From positions 1 to 64,000 of the IMG/VR virus record IMGVR_UViG_3300042691_031577: DNA of 64,000 bases. One strand, given 5' to 3'. The translations under genes and the position numbers were made by a program. Shown piece by piece: positions 1 to 8,121 of the stretch. The notes below the pieces were generated by a model. That model searched no databases. It saw only the letters and a program-made list of their open reading frames with translations, and was not told where the DNA came from. Source of the DNA: a virus. The first letter of the stretch is position 1. Each line of letters opens with the position of its first letter.

Positions 1-54
1 TTAAAGGACACAGGATTTTAAGTCCTGCGTGTCTACCAGTTCCACCACCCGAGC
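1..54 (-). tRNA. tRNA-Leu(TAA), 3' part cut off by window edge
   Basis: Minus strand reads GCTCGGG TGGTGGAACTGGTAGACAC GCAGGA CT-TAA-AA TCCTG: Leu-type D arm and TAA anticodon. Confidence 0.9.
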
Positions 55-62
55 ATTATTTG

Positions 63-205
63 TAGTCAGGGTAGGACTTGCACCTACACCGCTTCCGTTT
101 ACCCGCACGACGAACGCTGAAACTCCTACGGTTTACTCTTTCGAGTGACGGCCAAGCTCTCCGTCTTTAATGTCGTGTTTTGCCTTTCTATTCAGCCACC
201 TGACT
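63..205 (-). ncRNA. tRNA-like RNA 1 (143 nt) with a multi-stem insert in place of the anticodon arm
   Basis: Acceptor stem AGTCAGG/CCTGACT with discriminator A, D-like arm, T arm GTAGG-TGCAAGT-CCTAC. Internal stems CACGAC/GTCGTG, GACGG/CCGTC and ACTC-GAAA-GAGT. Confidence 0.75.
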
Positions 206-324
206 ATATGCCTTTTTGAACAACGTTGAGAAGGCTAACTCTATCTCCTATACGATGAGACGGTACTAGTGAGCATTGTTAAGAGGCTTTACCGGTATTA
301 CGATCCCCTCGCGAGCGGGGCTAT
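206..324 (-). ncRNA. putative structured non-coding RNA between the tRNA-like elements
   Basis: No ORF in the track, GC-richer than the genome. Stems CCCC/GGGG, CGGTA/TACCG, TCTC/GAGA and GCCTT/AAGGC. Confidence 0.4.
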
Positions 325-326
325 TG

Positions 327-469
327 TAGTCAGGACAGGACTTGAACCTGTATAACTCATAACAGTTGGTGTGAGTTATTTAATCCATTAGACGAGGTAA
401 TCAATCCACTAACCAACATTGATAATCCCTCTCTTCTAACTTCTGCGTCTACCATTCCGCCACCTGACT
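327..469 (-). ncRNA. tRNA-like RNA 2 (143 nt): Leu-type D arm, long hairpin replacing the anticodon arm
   Basis: AGTCAGG TG GCGGAATGGTAGACGC ... variable-arm-like stem ATAACTCA/TGAGTTAT, T arm ACAGG-TTCAAGT-CCTGT, then CCTGACT A. Confidence 0.8.
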
Positions 470-473
470 ATTT

Positions 474-700
474 TTCCTATCCTGAGATTCCAGATAGTAG
501 ATTTTAACGGTTTAGTTTTCTTGAAAACAAACACATTAGTGTCTTACCACATAAAACTAAAAAGCAGCATTACTGGGAGGAAACATGCCAGTATCCTTTA
601 TCCCCACGAGGTCGGCGTTTTTATTAGTAAGGATGTCCGGCCCAATACCCTATCCATTGTTTATGTCTTGGATTAAAGACTGCTGAGTATCTCTTACTCA
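474..700 (-). ncRNA. putative ~230-nt structured non-coding RNA
   Basis: Hairpins TGAGTA/TACTCA, TACTGG/CCAGTA, TTTAGTTTT/AAAACTAAA and CTATC/GATAG; starts right after the tRNA-Glu 3' end. Confidence 0.45.
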
Positions 701-703
701 TTG

Positions 704-775
704 TACTCCCTACGAGAATCGAACTCGTCTTTCCAGGATGAAAACCTGATGTCCTAACCGATAGACGAAAGGAGC
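704..775 (-). tRNA. tRNA-Glu(TTC)
   Basis: 72-nt cloverleaf: GCTCCTT...TCAGG TT-TTC-AT CCTGG...GTTCGATTC...AGGGAGT A. CCA not encoded. Confidence 0.95.
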
Positions 776-779
776 ATAC

Positions 780-1034
780 TTAATATATCATTAACAAGTG
801 ACCTTCTTTTGAAATGACTCTTGTTATACTATAGTCCTCAGACAATGTACGAGCAGATACTTCTACTGCTTGTTGTAATAAACCATGTGCAAACGGATTC
901 ATAGGATCTATTAGTTTTTGTATTATAGTTGGATTATTTTTACCTATTTTAATCATATAAGCCTCCATTAGTTTAACACATTCATCTATGTTTAAGGGAT
1001 GACCTCTAAAATATTTTATAATTAGGTCCTTCAT
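780..1034 (-). CDS. hypothetical protein
   Basis: 84-aa ORF translationally coupled (TAATG) to the upstream gene. Confidence 0.7.
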   Translation of the reverse strand: MKDLIIKYFRGHPLNIDECVKLMEAYMIKIGKNNPTIIQKLIDPMNPFAHGLLQQAVEVSARTLSEDYSITRVISKEGHLLMIY

Positions 1035-1819
1035 TATAATAAATATTCCTTAAACTTATTTATATTAAAGGTAATATCTCCCATTTTGCCATCCAAACTA
1101 TCTTCAAAAAATTCTTCAATTTTATTTGATGGTTTAGTTAGCAAACCGTATTCTTCATATATGATTCCTAAAATACCATTTATAATAGGTGAAGATGTAT
1201 CAACTGAATTGATGTAGTTAAGTCCTTTGTAATATATAAATTCTTGAGGTAAACTAGCACCTAATAAATGGATATAGTGATTATCTAAAATATAACCTTG
1301 TTTTTTAAATGAAGTAACCAATTCAATCCTACCCATCATTTGATTAACTAGTTTATTTGGATGATGAAATAAACGTTGATACACCTCAGATGAATGATTA
1401 AATGCAAAATGTTTAAAACCTAAATCAATACATTTATCATATAAATTAATAAAATCTTCAACTGTTTTACCCTGTAGTACAACCATTAGTTTGGTTTCTG
1501 ATGGTAATTGTGCTTTAAGAGTATTCATCCAATATTTAGCGTTTTTATAAGTGGCACTAGTATTGTTCCAAGCATCAGGTGTAATAAAAATATCAGGTTT
1601 AATTAAGTTAATTTTTTCAATTAAGTCCTCATTTGTATGAGTCACACCTTCAAATAACCCATTATCCATAATAATAAAACGTTCATCAAGTCTAGTCTGT
1701 AGAAAATAGTTTTTATACATTTCATACTTGTCTAACAGATGAGGTAAACAATAATCGTAATCATTAAAATGTTTACTGCGTTCTAGTAACGCTAAAGGGA
1801 CTTCATGTGATACTTTCAT
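1034..1819 (-). CDS. TGT/DpdA-like TIM-barrel protein (queuine tRNA-ribosyltransferase-like)
   Basis: Motifs IMDNG, ITPD, VVLQG, IHLLG and SVDTSSP resemble TGT-family core motifs. Likely start is MKVSHE at 1819, downstream of a promoter-like site. Confidence 0.6.
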   Translation of the reverse strand: MKVSHEVPLALLERSKHFNDYDYCLPHLLDKYEMYKNYFLQTRLDERFIIMDNGLFEGVTHTNEDLIEKINLIKPDIFITPDAWNNTSATYKNAKYWMNTLKAQLPSETKLMVVLQGKTVEDFINLYDKCIDLGFKHFAFNHSSEVYQRLFHHPNKLVNQMMGRIELVTSFKKQGYILDNHYIHLLGASLPQEFIYYKGLNYINSVDTSSPIINGILGIIYEEYGLLTKPSNKIEEFFEDSLDGKMGDITFNINKFKEYLL

Positions 1820-1833
1820 AACTTTATTTTTTA

Positions 1834-1865
1834 TAAAGATAAAAAAGGCCTCGTAAGAGGCCAAA
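1834..1865 (-). promoter_or_regulatory. Bacteroidota-type sigma70 promoter overlapping an intrinsic terminator
   Basis: TTTG-N20-TATCTTTA; the spacer is the hairpin GGCCTC-TTAC-GAGGCC followed by a T tract. Confidence 0.6.
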
Positions 1866-1871
1866 TTTTTC

Positions 1872-4211
1872 TTAAACTACTTGAGTAACTGTTGCTATTA
1901 TTGAAGGTATAGCTGGAATGTTGCCTGTAGCCGTTGCATACAAAAATTGAGTATTTGTTTGATCAGTTTGATATGCTATTTCAATATATGAACCTGACTC
2001 AAATGTATCCATAAAATTCCAAGCAGGAACATGGTAAGTATTGTTTGATGTAGGTCCTATTTTAGTGCCTGAATTAGTGATGTTTACACCATTTTTCTTA
2101 AACCAAATATCAACTGTGGCTCCAGTTTGAGTAAATAATTGAGCTGAAAATTGTAAATTATATAAACCTGTATTTGCAAATGTTATTCTACTATTGTTAG
2201 TTAATGATATTCCACTTGATGTAGCTACAGTACTATAAATAAATGACCCAGAAACATTTTGAGTTGGTGATATACTTGCTGTATGGAATAATGAAATATA
2301 GTTAAATTGTTTTTGACCATTTACAAAAAAACTACCTGTTAAATTTAATGATCCTGTTATAGATACAGGAGCATTTATATCAACTAATGAAGATGAAAAT
2401 GACTGTAATGTTCCAGAAACATAAGTTATAGTATTAACATTACTTGTTGGGTCTGACGTAGAATTAAAACCGGCTGTATTAACTAAATCATTTCCAAAAT
2501 TAGTACTGGTTAGTCCAGATAAAGTAACAGTAACTCCATTTTCTAAAGTATTCTCAGAAATAGCTGATTTTACATACCACTGACTGCTTCCAGAGTCATA
2601 AACATATAATTTATAAGATTGGATAGTTCCACTTGGTGATAGAGTTATTTGTGGTCTTGGTGAAAATCCAAAAGTAAAGTCATTATAGAAATTATTATCA
2701 GCTGAAGCTGTAAAAACTGGGCTTACTTGGGTTTCATCACCACCAGATACACCAGCATAATATACATCAAAATTAGAATCCCATTGGGAGCTACCAAGAT
2801 TAGTATTTAAAAATCCACTACCATTAAATGATGCTGTTGTAGGTTCATTTGAAGAACTTATAGATGAAGATAATGAAGAACTAGCTCTAAATAATCTTCT
2901 TCCATCTAATGTATTCATTAACAATGAACCAGTCATCTCAGCTATACCAATATTTCTAAATGTTGATGAACCTGATACTACTAATGAGCCAGTAATATTA
3001 GTATTACCATTTATGTTTTGTGTTCCAACAAAATTATTTGAACCGGTAGTAGCAAATACAGATGAAGCAGTACTATTTAATGTTAAAGCATTTGTTGAGA
3101 ATGAAGCACTTACAGCGCGAGAAGCACTTACAGCATTTAAAACATATGAAGCAGAGACCGCATTTAAAACATATGATGCTGTTGTAGCAAATGAAGAACT
3201 AACAGCATTTAAAACGTATGAGGCCGTTGTTGCAAACGAACTTGAAACCGCGTTTAGAACATATGAAGCAGTTGTAGCAAATGAAGCACTTGTAACACTA
3301 CCTCCATAGAATGAAGCTGTTGTAGCAAATGAACTTGAAACCGCGTTTAGAACATATGAAGCTGTAGTTGCTGTACCTAATAATGATCCTGTTACACCAG
3401 CAGTAACATTTAATGAACCTGTGATAATGGTATTACCTAAAATATCTATTGGGGCATTTGAGGTTTGTTTATTGAAACTAAAAAATCCATTAGCCCCAGC
3501 ATTACTAGCTGACATAAATAAAGAACCTACACCACCTATACCTATAGCTAATCTATCAATAGGTTGAGCATACCAAAAGAATCCCTTATTATCATTTCCT
3601 GAGTTTACAGCAAAACCAATACTATCTGATGCTATGTCTTTAGCAGTTATTAATGCTGTATTATTACTACCAATTGCTGTTATAGATCCAGTTATTATAT
3701 TTGCTGATCCACTTGAATATATATTAGAGCTAACTAATGATTGGTTACCATTAGACATTGGAACTCTATATTGAGGAATACTTGCTTCTGTACCTAAACC
3801 TCCTGTACCTACAGGGCCTGTTAATAATATTGCACTACTAGTGACAGAACCTGTTATATTTCTATATATCCAATATTTGTTTAAAGAATCCCAAGCGAGA
3901 GATGATGTAGCTATTGATGCTCCTGAGTCAAGAACATCATATATACCATAACGTATTGTAGGACTAGATATAGATACTGCAAATGTTGAGGCACTAATTA
4001 CTGTGATAGAGGATGTAGTATATGTAAAGGAACCAGTGCCTAATACTGTTAAATTACCCTGTATTGTTTGGTTACCAATAAAAGTGTTTGAACCGGTAGT
4101 AGCATATGCTCCCGATATGGAATTGATAGATCCTGTAAGAAATTGGAAATTTCCATCTAATTCTGCGTGGGTTAATGGAGATCCTTTGGTTAATCTATAT
4201 ACTAATGGCAT
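1872..4211 (-). CDS. tail fibre / virion structural protein
   Basis: N-terminal KGSPLTHAELDGNF motif seen in T4-like fibre proteins; Ser/Thr/Gly-rich; ITGS and ASYVLNAVSSSFATT repeats. Confidence 0.7.
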   Translation of the reverse strand: MPLVYRLTKGSPLTHAELDGNFQFLTGSINSISGAYATTGSNTFIGNQTIQGNLTVLGTGSFTYTTSSITVISASTFAVSISSPTIRYGIYDVLDSGASIATSSLAWDSLNKYWIYRNITGSVTSSAILLTGPVGTGGLGTEASIPQYRVPMSNGNQSLVSSNIYSSGSANIITGSITAIGSNNTALITAKDIASDSIGFAVNSGNDNKGFFWYAQPIDRLAIGIGGVGSLFMSASNAGANGFFSFNKQTSNAPIDILGNTIITGSLNVTAGVTGSLLGTATTASYVLNAVSSSFATTASFYGGSVTSASFATTASYVLNAVSSSFATTASYVLNAVSSSFATTASYVLNAVSASYVLNAVSASRAVSASFSTNALTLNSTASSVFATTGSNNFVGTQNINGNTNITGSLVVSGSSTFRNIGIAEMTGSLLMNTLDGRRLFRASSSLSSSISSSNEPTTASFNGSGFLNTNLGSSQWDSNFDVYYAGVSGGDETQVSPVFTASADNNFYNDFTFGFSPRPQITLSPSGTIQSYKLYVYDSGSSQWYVKSAISENTLENGVTVTLSGLTSTNFGNDLVNTAGFNSTSDPTSNVNTITYVSGTLQSFSSSLVDINAPVSITGSLNLTGSFFVNGQKQFNYISLFHTASISPTQNVSGSFIYSTVATSSGISLTNNSRITFANTGLYNLQFSAQLFTQTGATVDIWFKKNGVNITNSGTKIGPTSNNTYHVPAWNFMDTFESGSYIEIAYQTDQTNTQFLYATATGNIPAIPSIIATVTQVV
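3105..3375 (-). repeat. tandem ~45-nt coding repeat (ASYVLNAVSSSFATT)
   Basis: About 5-6 imperfect copies, e.g. gaacttgaaaccgcgtttagaacatatgaagc occurs twice. Confidence 0.85.
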
Positions 4212-4255
4212 ATTATTATTTAGTTTACCAATAAATATTAAAAAATATAATATTC

Positions 4256-4567
4256 CTACTCAGTTTCTTCAGTGTTTATATCTATTGCTGATAGTAGCTG
4301 TTCCAATTTTTGGTGTATTTCCGTTGCTTTTTCTATCTTTTCAGATGGAGTAAGACTATCTTGGTTTTTTTCTAGTAATTCTGCCTGCTCTTTTAAGGCT
4401 TTTAACATTTCTATATCCATAGTAGTATTATTTTTAATATATTTTGGTGTATAAGGGCAATGTCTGCATTTATTACCGCAGCAAAATCCGCGTTTAACGT
4501 GAAATAGGGCGGTAAATACCACCCTATCTCCGTCTTTATAATAATCTATATTTAAACTATCTCGCAT
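4256..4567 (-). CDS. small Cys-rich protein (DUF5522-like, CCGNKCRHCPY) with helical C-terminal part
   Basis: Motif KRGFCCGNKCRHCPY; start overlaps the 3' end of nrdJ; second in-frame Met at 4420. Confidence 0.6.
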   Translation of the reverse strand: MRDSLNIDYYKDGDRVVFTALFHVKRGFCCGNKCRHCPYTPKYIKNNTTMDIEMLKALKEQAELLEKNQDSLTPSEKIEKATEIHQKLEQLLSAIDINTEETE

Positions 4568-6405
4568 GCTCCACCAGCACAAGCGGCTTGATCCATTAAT
4601 GCTGTTTCATCACTATACTCTACTACTTTAGATAGATCCAATGAATGTAGATGACCAACACGTTCATTAAATTCAGCCTCAGTTATAGTTTCAAATGGAG
4701 CTTGTGTATATGTTCCTAAATCTTCAGGTAAGAATGATAATGCAGTAAAATATTCTTTATTATCCCATAACCACTCACCTACAGTTTCCCATTCTTGTTG
4801 TTTGATATTTACTGTAGCTGAAACGTTATGCATATTGCTTCCTTTTCTGTGGCCTGGTTTAATCCACTCTTTATTGAATTTTTTAATTCTTTCTAACAAT
4901 TCAATTGCCGTTTCTTTAGGACGTGTAATAGAGCCTACTGGTGCCTTTTGAGGAATAGTTACAATCGCTTGAATATGTGGTTTAAAGAAATCATCTTCTA
5001 ATAATTCTGGGTGGTGGATTTGGAGGTGGGTATATAATGCCTCATTCTTACCAATACGAATTCTTCTTAAATAGAAATCATCGTGCCAAGCATGAATACC
5101 ACTTGAAGTACCTAATACTAATGATGTAGTTCCTGATGGTTTTACACATGTAACACGAGCTGCTTTATTAATTCCTAATATTTCAGCAACGCGAGCGTTT
5201 TCCTCTGTTGCTGTTTTAGCTGCTTCTTTTAAGCTAAAATTTAATACTGCTCCTGAAGCAATACCAGTCATTCCGATACCCAATAGTGCTTCTTTTTCAG
5301 TTGTTTTTTTCCATACATCTCTTAAATAATGGAAATCAGTATATGATGCTTGTAATGTACCTATAAATGCTGCTGCTTTTACTCTAGCGTTTAAATCTTC
5401 CTGTGATTCAATAGTTGAAGCATTTACTTCACATAAATTACAGAATTGATTAGGACGTAAGTTAATTTCAGCACAAGGATTAGTACCTGCATCTTTATCA
5501 TTTGAAAATATAAATCCTGGTTCACCTGAATTGCTTAGTTCAATTTTTTTCCATAAATCAAGAAATATATCTTTTTCAATTTTAGATTTAATTAATACTG
5601 CTGTATTATTTGCTCTTCCGCGTTGTGGGTTTTGTTCCCACCAATTACCGAATTTGCAAGTTAGCATGTCTTCATCATCTAGATTAAATAAAGCAATTAA
5701 AGCTGCTCTTCTAATACCACCTGACAATACAGCATCTGCTAAATGACAAATAATATCATGACATTCTAATGATGTTAATTTATCTCCGTCTTGTTTTCTA
5801 TCTAAAATAGCTTGTACATGTATTAAAGCAATTTTTAAAGGCTCAGGTCCAGGTGCTTTACCACCTACAGTAATTAACTGAGCACCTTTAGGACGAATAT
5901 CTCTAAAATCAAATAAAGGTGCTGGCCCTCCACGTAAATAGGCTTTCATTAATACTTTAACTGCATCAGCCCATCCTTCAATTGAATCACCTACTAAATA
6001 ACGTTTTGATTTTAGTGGTTTTCTTACCTCAGGTAATTTTTCAATATGGTGTTGTTGTACTGAGTATCCTACTCCACATCCTGATAATAATAAAAACATT
6101 ATTTCTGAGAACGATGCTAAATCATCAATAGGAAGATATGAACAGTTAAATACTCGAGCATTATTTATCTCAATTGGTTTACCAGCAAATTGCATTGAAC
6201 GCATTGATGGTAATACTTTTTTATCATATACAAATTTATATGCATTTTCAATTTCTTCAGCTAAATGAGGAAATTTCTTTAAATGCATATTTTTATTACG
6301 ATCAACTAATTCATGCCATGTCTCTCTTCTATTTAATTCAGGATTAAATTTGGCGTACTTCATGTAGACAGTGATGTCACTCAAGATACTTTGTTCTATG
6401 TTCAT
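4552..6405 (-). CDS. nrdJ: class II (adenosylcobalamin-dependent) ribonucleotide reductase
   Basis: VFNCSY, TNPCAEI active site, VKPSGT, C-terminal ACAGGACE; 617-aa monomeric type with no adjacent beta subunit. Confidence 0.9.
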   Translation of the reverse strand: MNIEQSILSDITVYMKYAKFNPELNRRETWHELVDRNKNMHLKKFPHLAEEIENAYKFVYDKKVLPSMRSMQFAGKPIEINNARVFNCSYLPIDDLASFSEIMFLLLSGCGVGYSVQQHHIEKLPEVRKPLKSKRYLVGDSIEGWADAVKVLMKAYLRGGPAPLFDFRDIRPKGAQLITVGGKAPGPEPLKIALIHVQAILDRKQDGDKLTSLECHDIICHLADAVLSGGIRRAALIALFNLDDEDMLTCKFGNWWEQNPQRGRANNTAVLIKSKIEKDIFLDLWKKIELSNSGEPGFIFSNDKDAGTNPCAEINLRPNQFCNLCEVNASTIESQEDLNARVKAAAFIGTLQASYTDFHYLRDVWKKTTEKEALLGIGMTGIASGAVLNFSLKEAAKTATEENARVAEILGINKAARVTCVKPSGTTSLVLGTSSGIHAWHDDFYLRRIRIGKNEALYTHLQIHHPELLEDDFFKPHIQAIVTIPQKAPVGSITRPKETAIELLERIKKFNKEWIKPGHRKGSNMHNVSATVNIKQQEWETVGEWLWDNKEYFTALSFLPEDLGTYTQAPFETITEAEFNERVGHLHSLDLSKVVEYSDETALMDQAACAGGACEIV

Positions 6406-6424
6406 ATTTGTTTTTATTTAATTG

Positions 6425-6685
6425 TTAAGAAAATTGTTTGATTAACTCAATTATAACACTTTTAGGTTTTACACCTGTAAATCGGTGCAATTCTTGCCCG
6501 TTTTTAGACAAGATAACTGTAGGTACTGAGGAAACATTGTCATTCATTGCTGCCTCTTTGTGCATATCTACATCAATCGTAACAAAATTAGCATTTGGTA
6601 ACTCACTTTGTATTTCATTCATAATAGGTGCTAGCGCTTTACATGGGCCACACCAAGTTGCTGTATAACGTTTAACTGTAATCAT
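6425..6685 (-). CDS. trxA: thioredoxin
   Basis: WCGPC motif and SVPT; adjacent to the RNR. Confidence 0.95.
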   Translation of the reverse strand: MITVKRYTATWCGPCKALAPIMNEIQSELPNANFVTIDVDMHKEAAMNDNVSSVPTVILSKNGQELHRFTGVKPKSVIIELIKQFS

Positions 6686-6719
6686 AATTTTTATTTTTGG
6701 GTCTATAAATATAAGAATA

Positions 6720-8102
6720 TTACTGATAAGATAAAAATTTACTACGAAGAATTTGCTTATCTTCGTCCCCTACTTCTGAATAATCATTAGTACGTTTATT
6801 TTTACCTTTTAGTTCAGGTGTGTCTTCATCGTCCAATGGCTGATCATATATATCTATATATCCTGTAGATGTATTTATATGAGAACCAAAAGTTAATCCG
6901 TCTGCTCCGTATCTATTTTTAATAAAATGCCAATTACCTGTTCCATTTACTTTATCTTTTCTACCTCGTGCTAAGGATATAATAATATCACCAATCATGA
7001 TTTTATCATACGAACCAGCTGCATTTTCAGCTTGTAAAATTCCTTTATCAGCACCTGTTCTATTTGCTTGTGAAGGTGATACTACAGGTATTCCTAATTC
7101 TTTAGCTAATCCTTTTACATCAGTATAAACATCATCAATTTCTTCTTTACGTTCTTTTCTTCCTTTAGTACGTAATAAATCTAAATAATCAATAATGATT
7201 AAATCTGGTTTGAATTCGTTTTGGTGTTCTAACTGTTGTAAATGAGACTCAATTGTATCTAATGATGCTCGTTTAGGGGCATATTCTTTAATTACAATTT
7301 TACCTTTTACTTTAGATATAGCATCTTGTACGGCATCACGATGTTTATCTAATTTATCAACGTCTATACCTGAGAATACAGCATCATATCTCTTACCTAC
7401 ATATCCTTCAGATAATTCTAAAGTATAATGTACTACGTTATATCCTAAAGCAGCAGCATAAGCTCCCATTGCTATCACACCCCATGATTTTCCACCACCT
7501 GGATTACCGAATAATAGTACTAGATCACCTTTACCATATCCTCCTTGTGTTAACTCATTAAATACTTTCCAAGGAAATGGAATAGCTCTTCTATCATCAT
7601 CCCTATAACGAGACTCAACATCAGCCTCGTAAATATGGCCTATGTTTTTATCTTCACCTGCTTTTAAAGCGCGATTAATTAATTGTTTAATACCATCATA
7701 ATCACCTAAACTCAATAAATCAACAGAAGTCATGATTGCTTTTTTCATCTGTTGGTTTTGGCAAAAATTAGAGAATTCTTTTTCAACCCATTCTAAATCA
7801 CTTGCGTCTGCCAATTTATATGCTTCACGAATTGATTCAACTAAAGATATTCTTAATACATCATTGTCTATCTTTTTGATTTCAATTGATAATGTTTCAG
7901 CAGTAGGATAAGTATGATATTGTTCAAAATATTTTATAATATAGTCAACAACCCATTTATGAGATGGATTTTCAAAATATTCACTATCAAGTGAATCAGA
8001 TATATTTAATAAAAAATCACGTTGAGTCAATAATGCTCCTAACACTTTAACCTGGAAAACACTACCGTAATTTTGTAATTTATTTAATGTTGAATTTGTC
8101 AT
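6720..8102 (-). CDS. dnaB: DnaB-like replicative helicase (T4 gp41-like)
   Basis: Walker A GNPGGGKS, TLELSE, IIIDYLDLL, SQANR, KNRYG. Confidence 0.92.
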   Translation of the reverse strand: MTNSTLNKLQNYGSVFQVKVLGALLTQRDFLLNISDSLDSEYFENPSHKWVVDYIIKYFEQYHTYPTAETLSIEIKKIDNDVLRISLVESIREAYKLADASDLEWVEKEFSNFCQNQQMKKAIMTSVDLLSLGDYDGIKQLINRALKAGEDKNIGHIYEADVESRYRDDDRRAIPFPWKVFNELTQGGYGKGDLVLLFGNPGGGKSWGVIAMGAYAAALGYNVVHYTLELSEGYVGKRYDAVFSGIDVDKLDKHRDAVQDAISKVKGKIVIKEYAPKRASLDTIESHLQQLEHQNEFKPDLIIIDYLDLLRTKGRKERKEEIDDVYTDVKGLAKELGIPVVSPSQANRTGADKGILQAENAAGSYDKIMIGDIIISLARGRKDKVNGTGNWHFIKNRYGADGLTFGSHINTSTGYIDIYDQPLDDEDTPELKGKNKRTNDYSEVGDEDKQILRSKFLSYQ

Positions 8103-8121
8103 AAACCTTTATTTTAATATA

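Noticed and set aside
63-469. tmRNA or intron-containing tRNAs as the explanation for the tRNA-like elements
   Set aside because: There is no G3:U70 alanine acceptor or tag ORF. The inserts are too short for group I introns, and no canonical anticodon stem can be rebuilt by removing a segment.
206-700. Theta/HDV-like ribozymes at tRNA 3' ends
   Set aside because: The sequences after the tRNA ends do not show the nested double-pseudoknot consensus by eye; kept only as generic structured RNA.
3105-3375. CRISPR array
   Set aside because: The repeats are in-frame, degenerate coding repeats without unique spacers, and no cas genes are present.
4256-4420. Exonuclease VII small subunit
   Set aside because: Only general helical and size resemblance; the conserved L(E/D)ES...(Y/F)EEG motif is absent.
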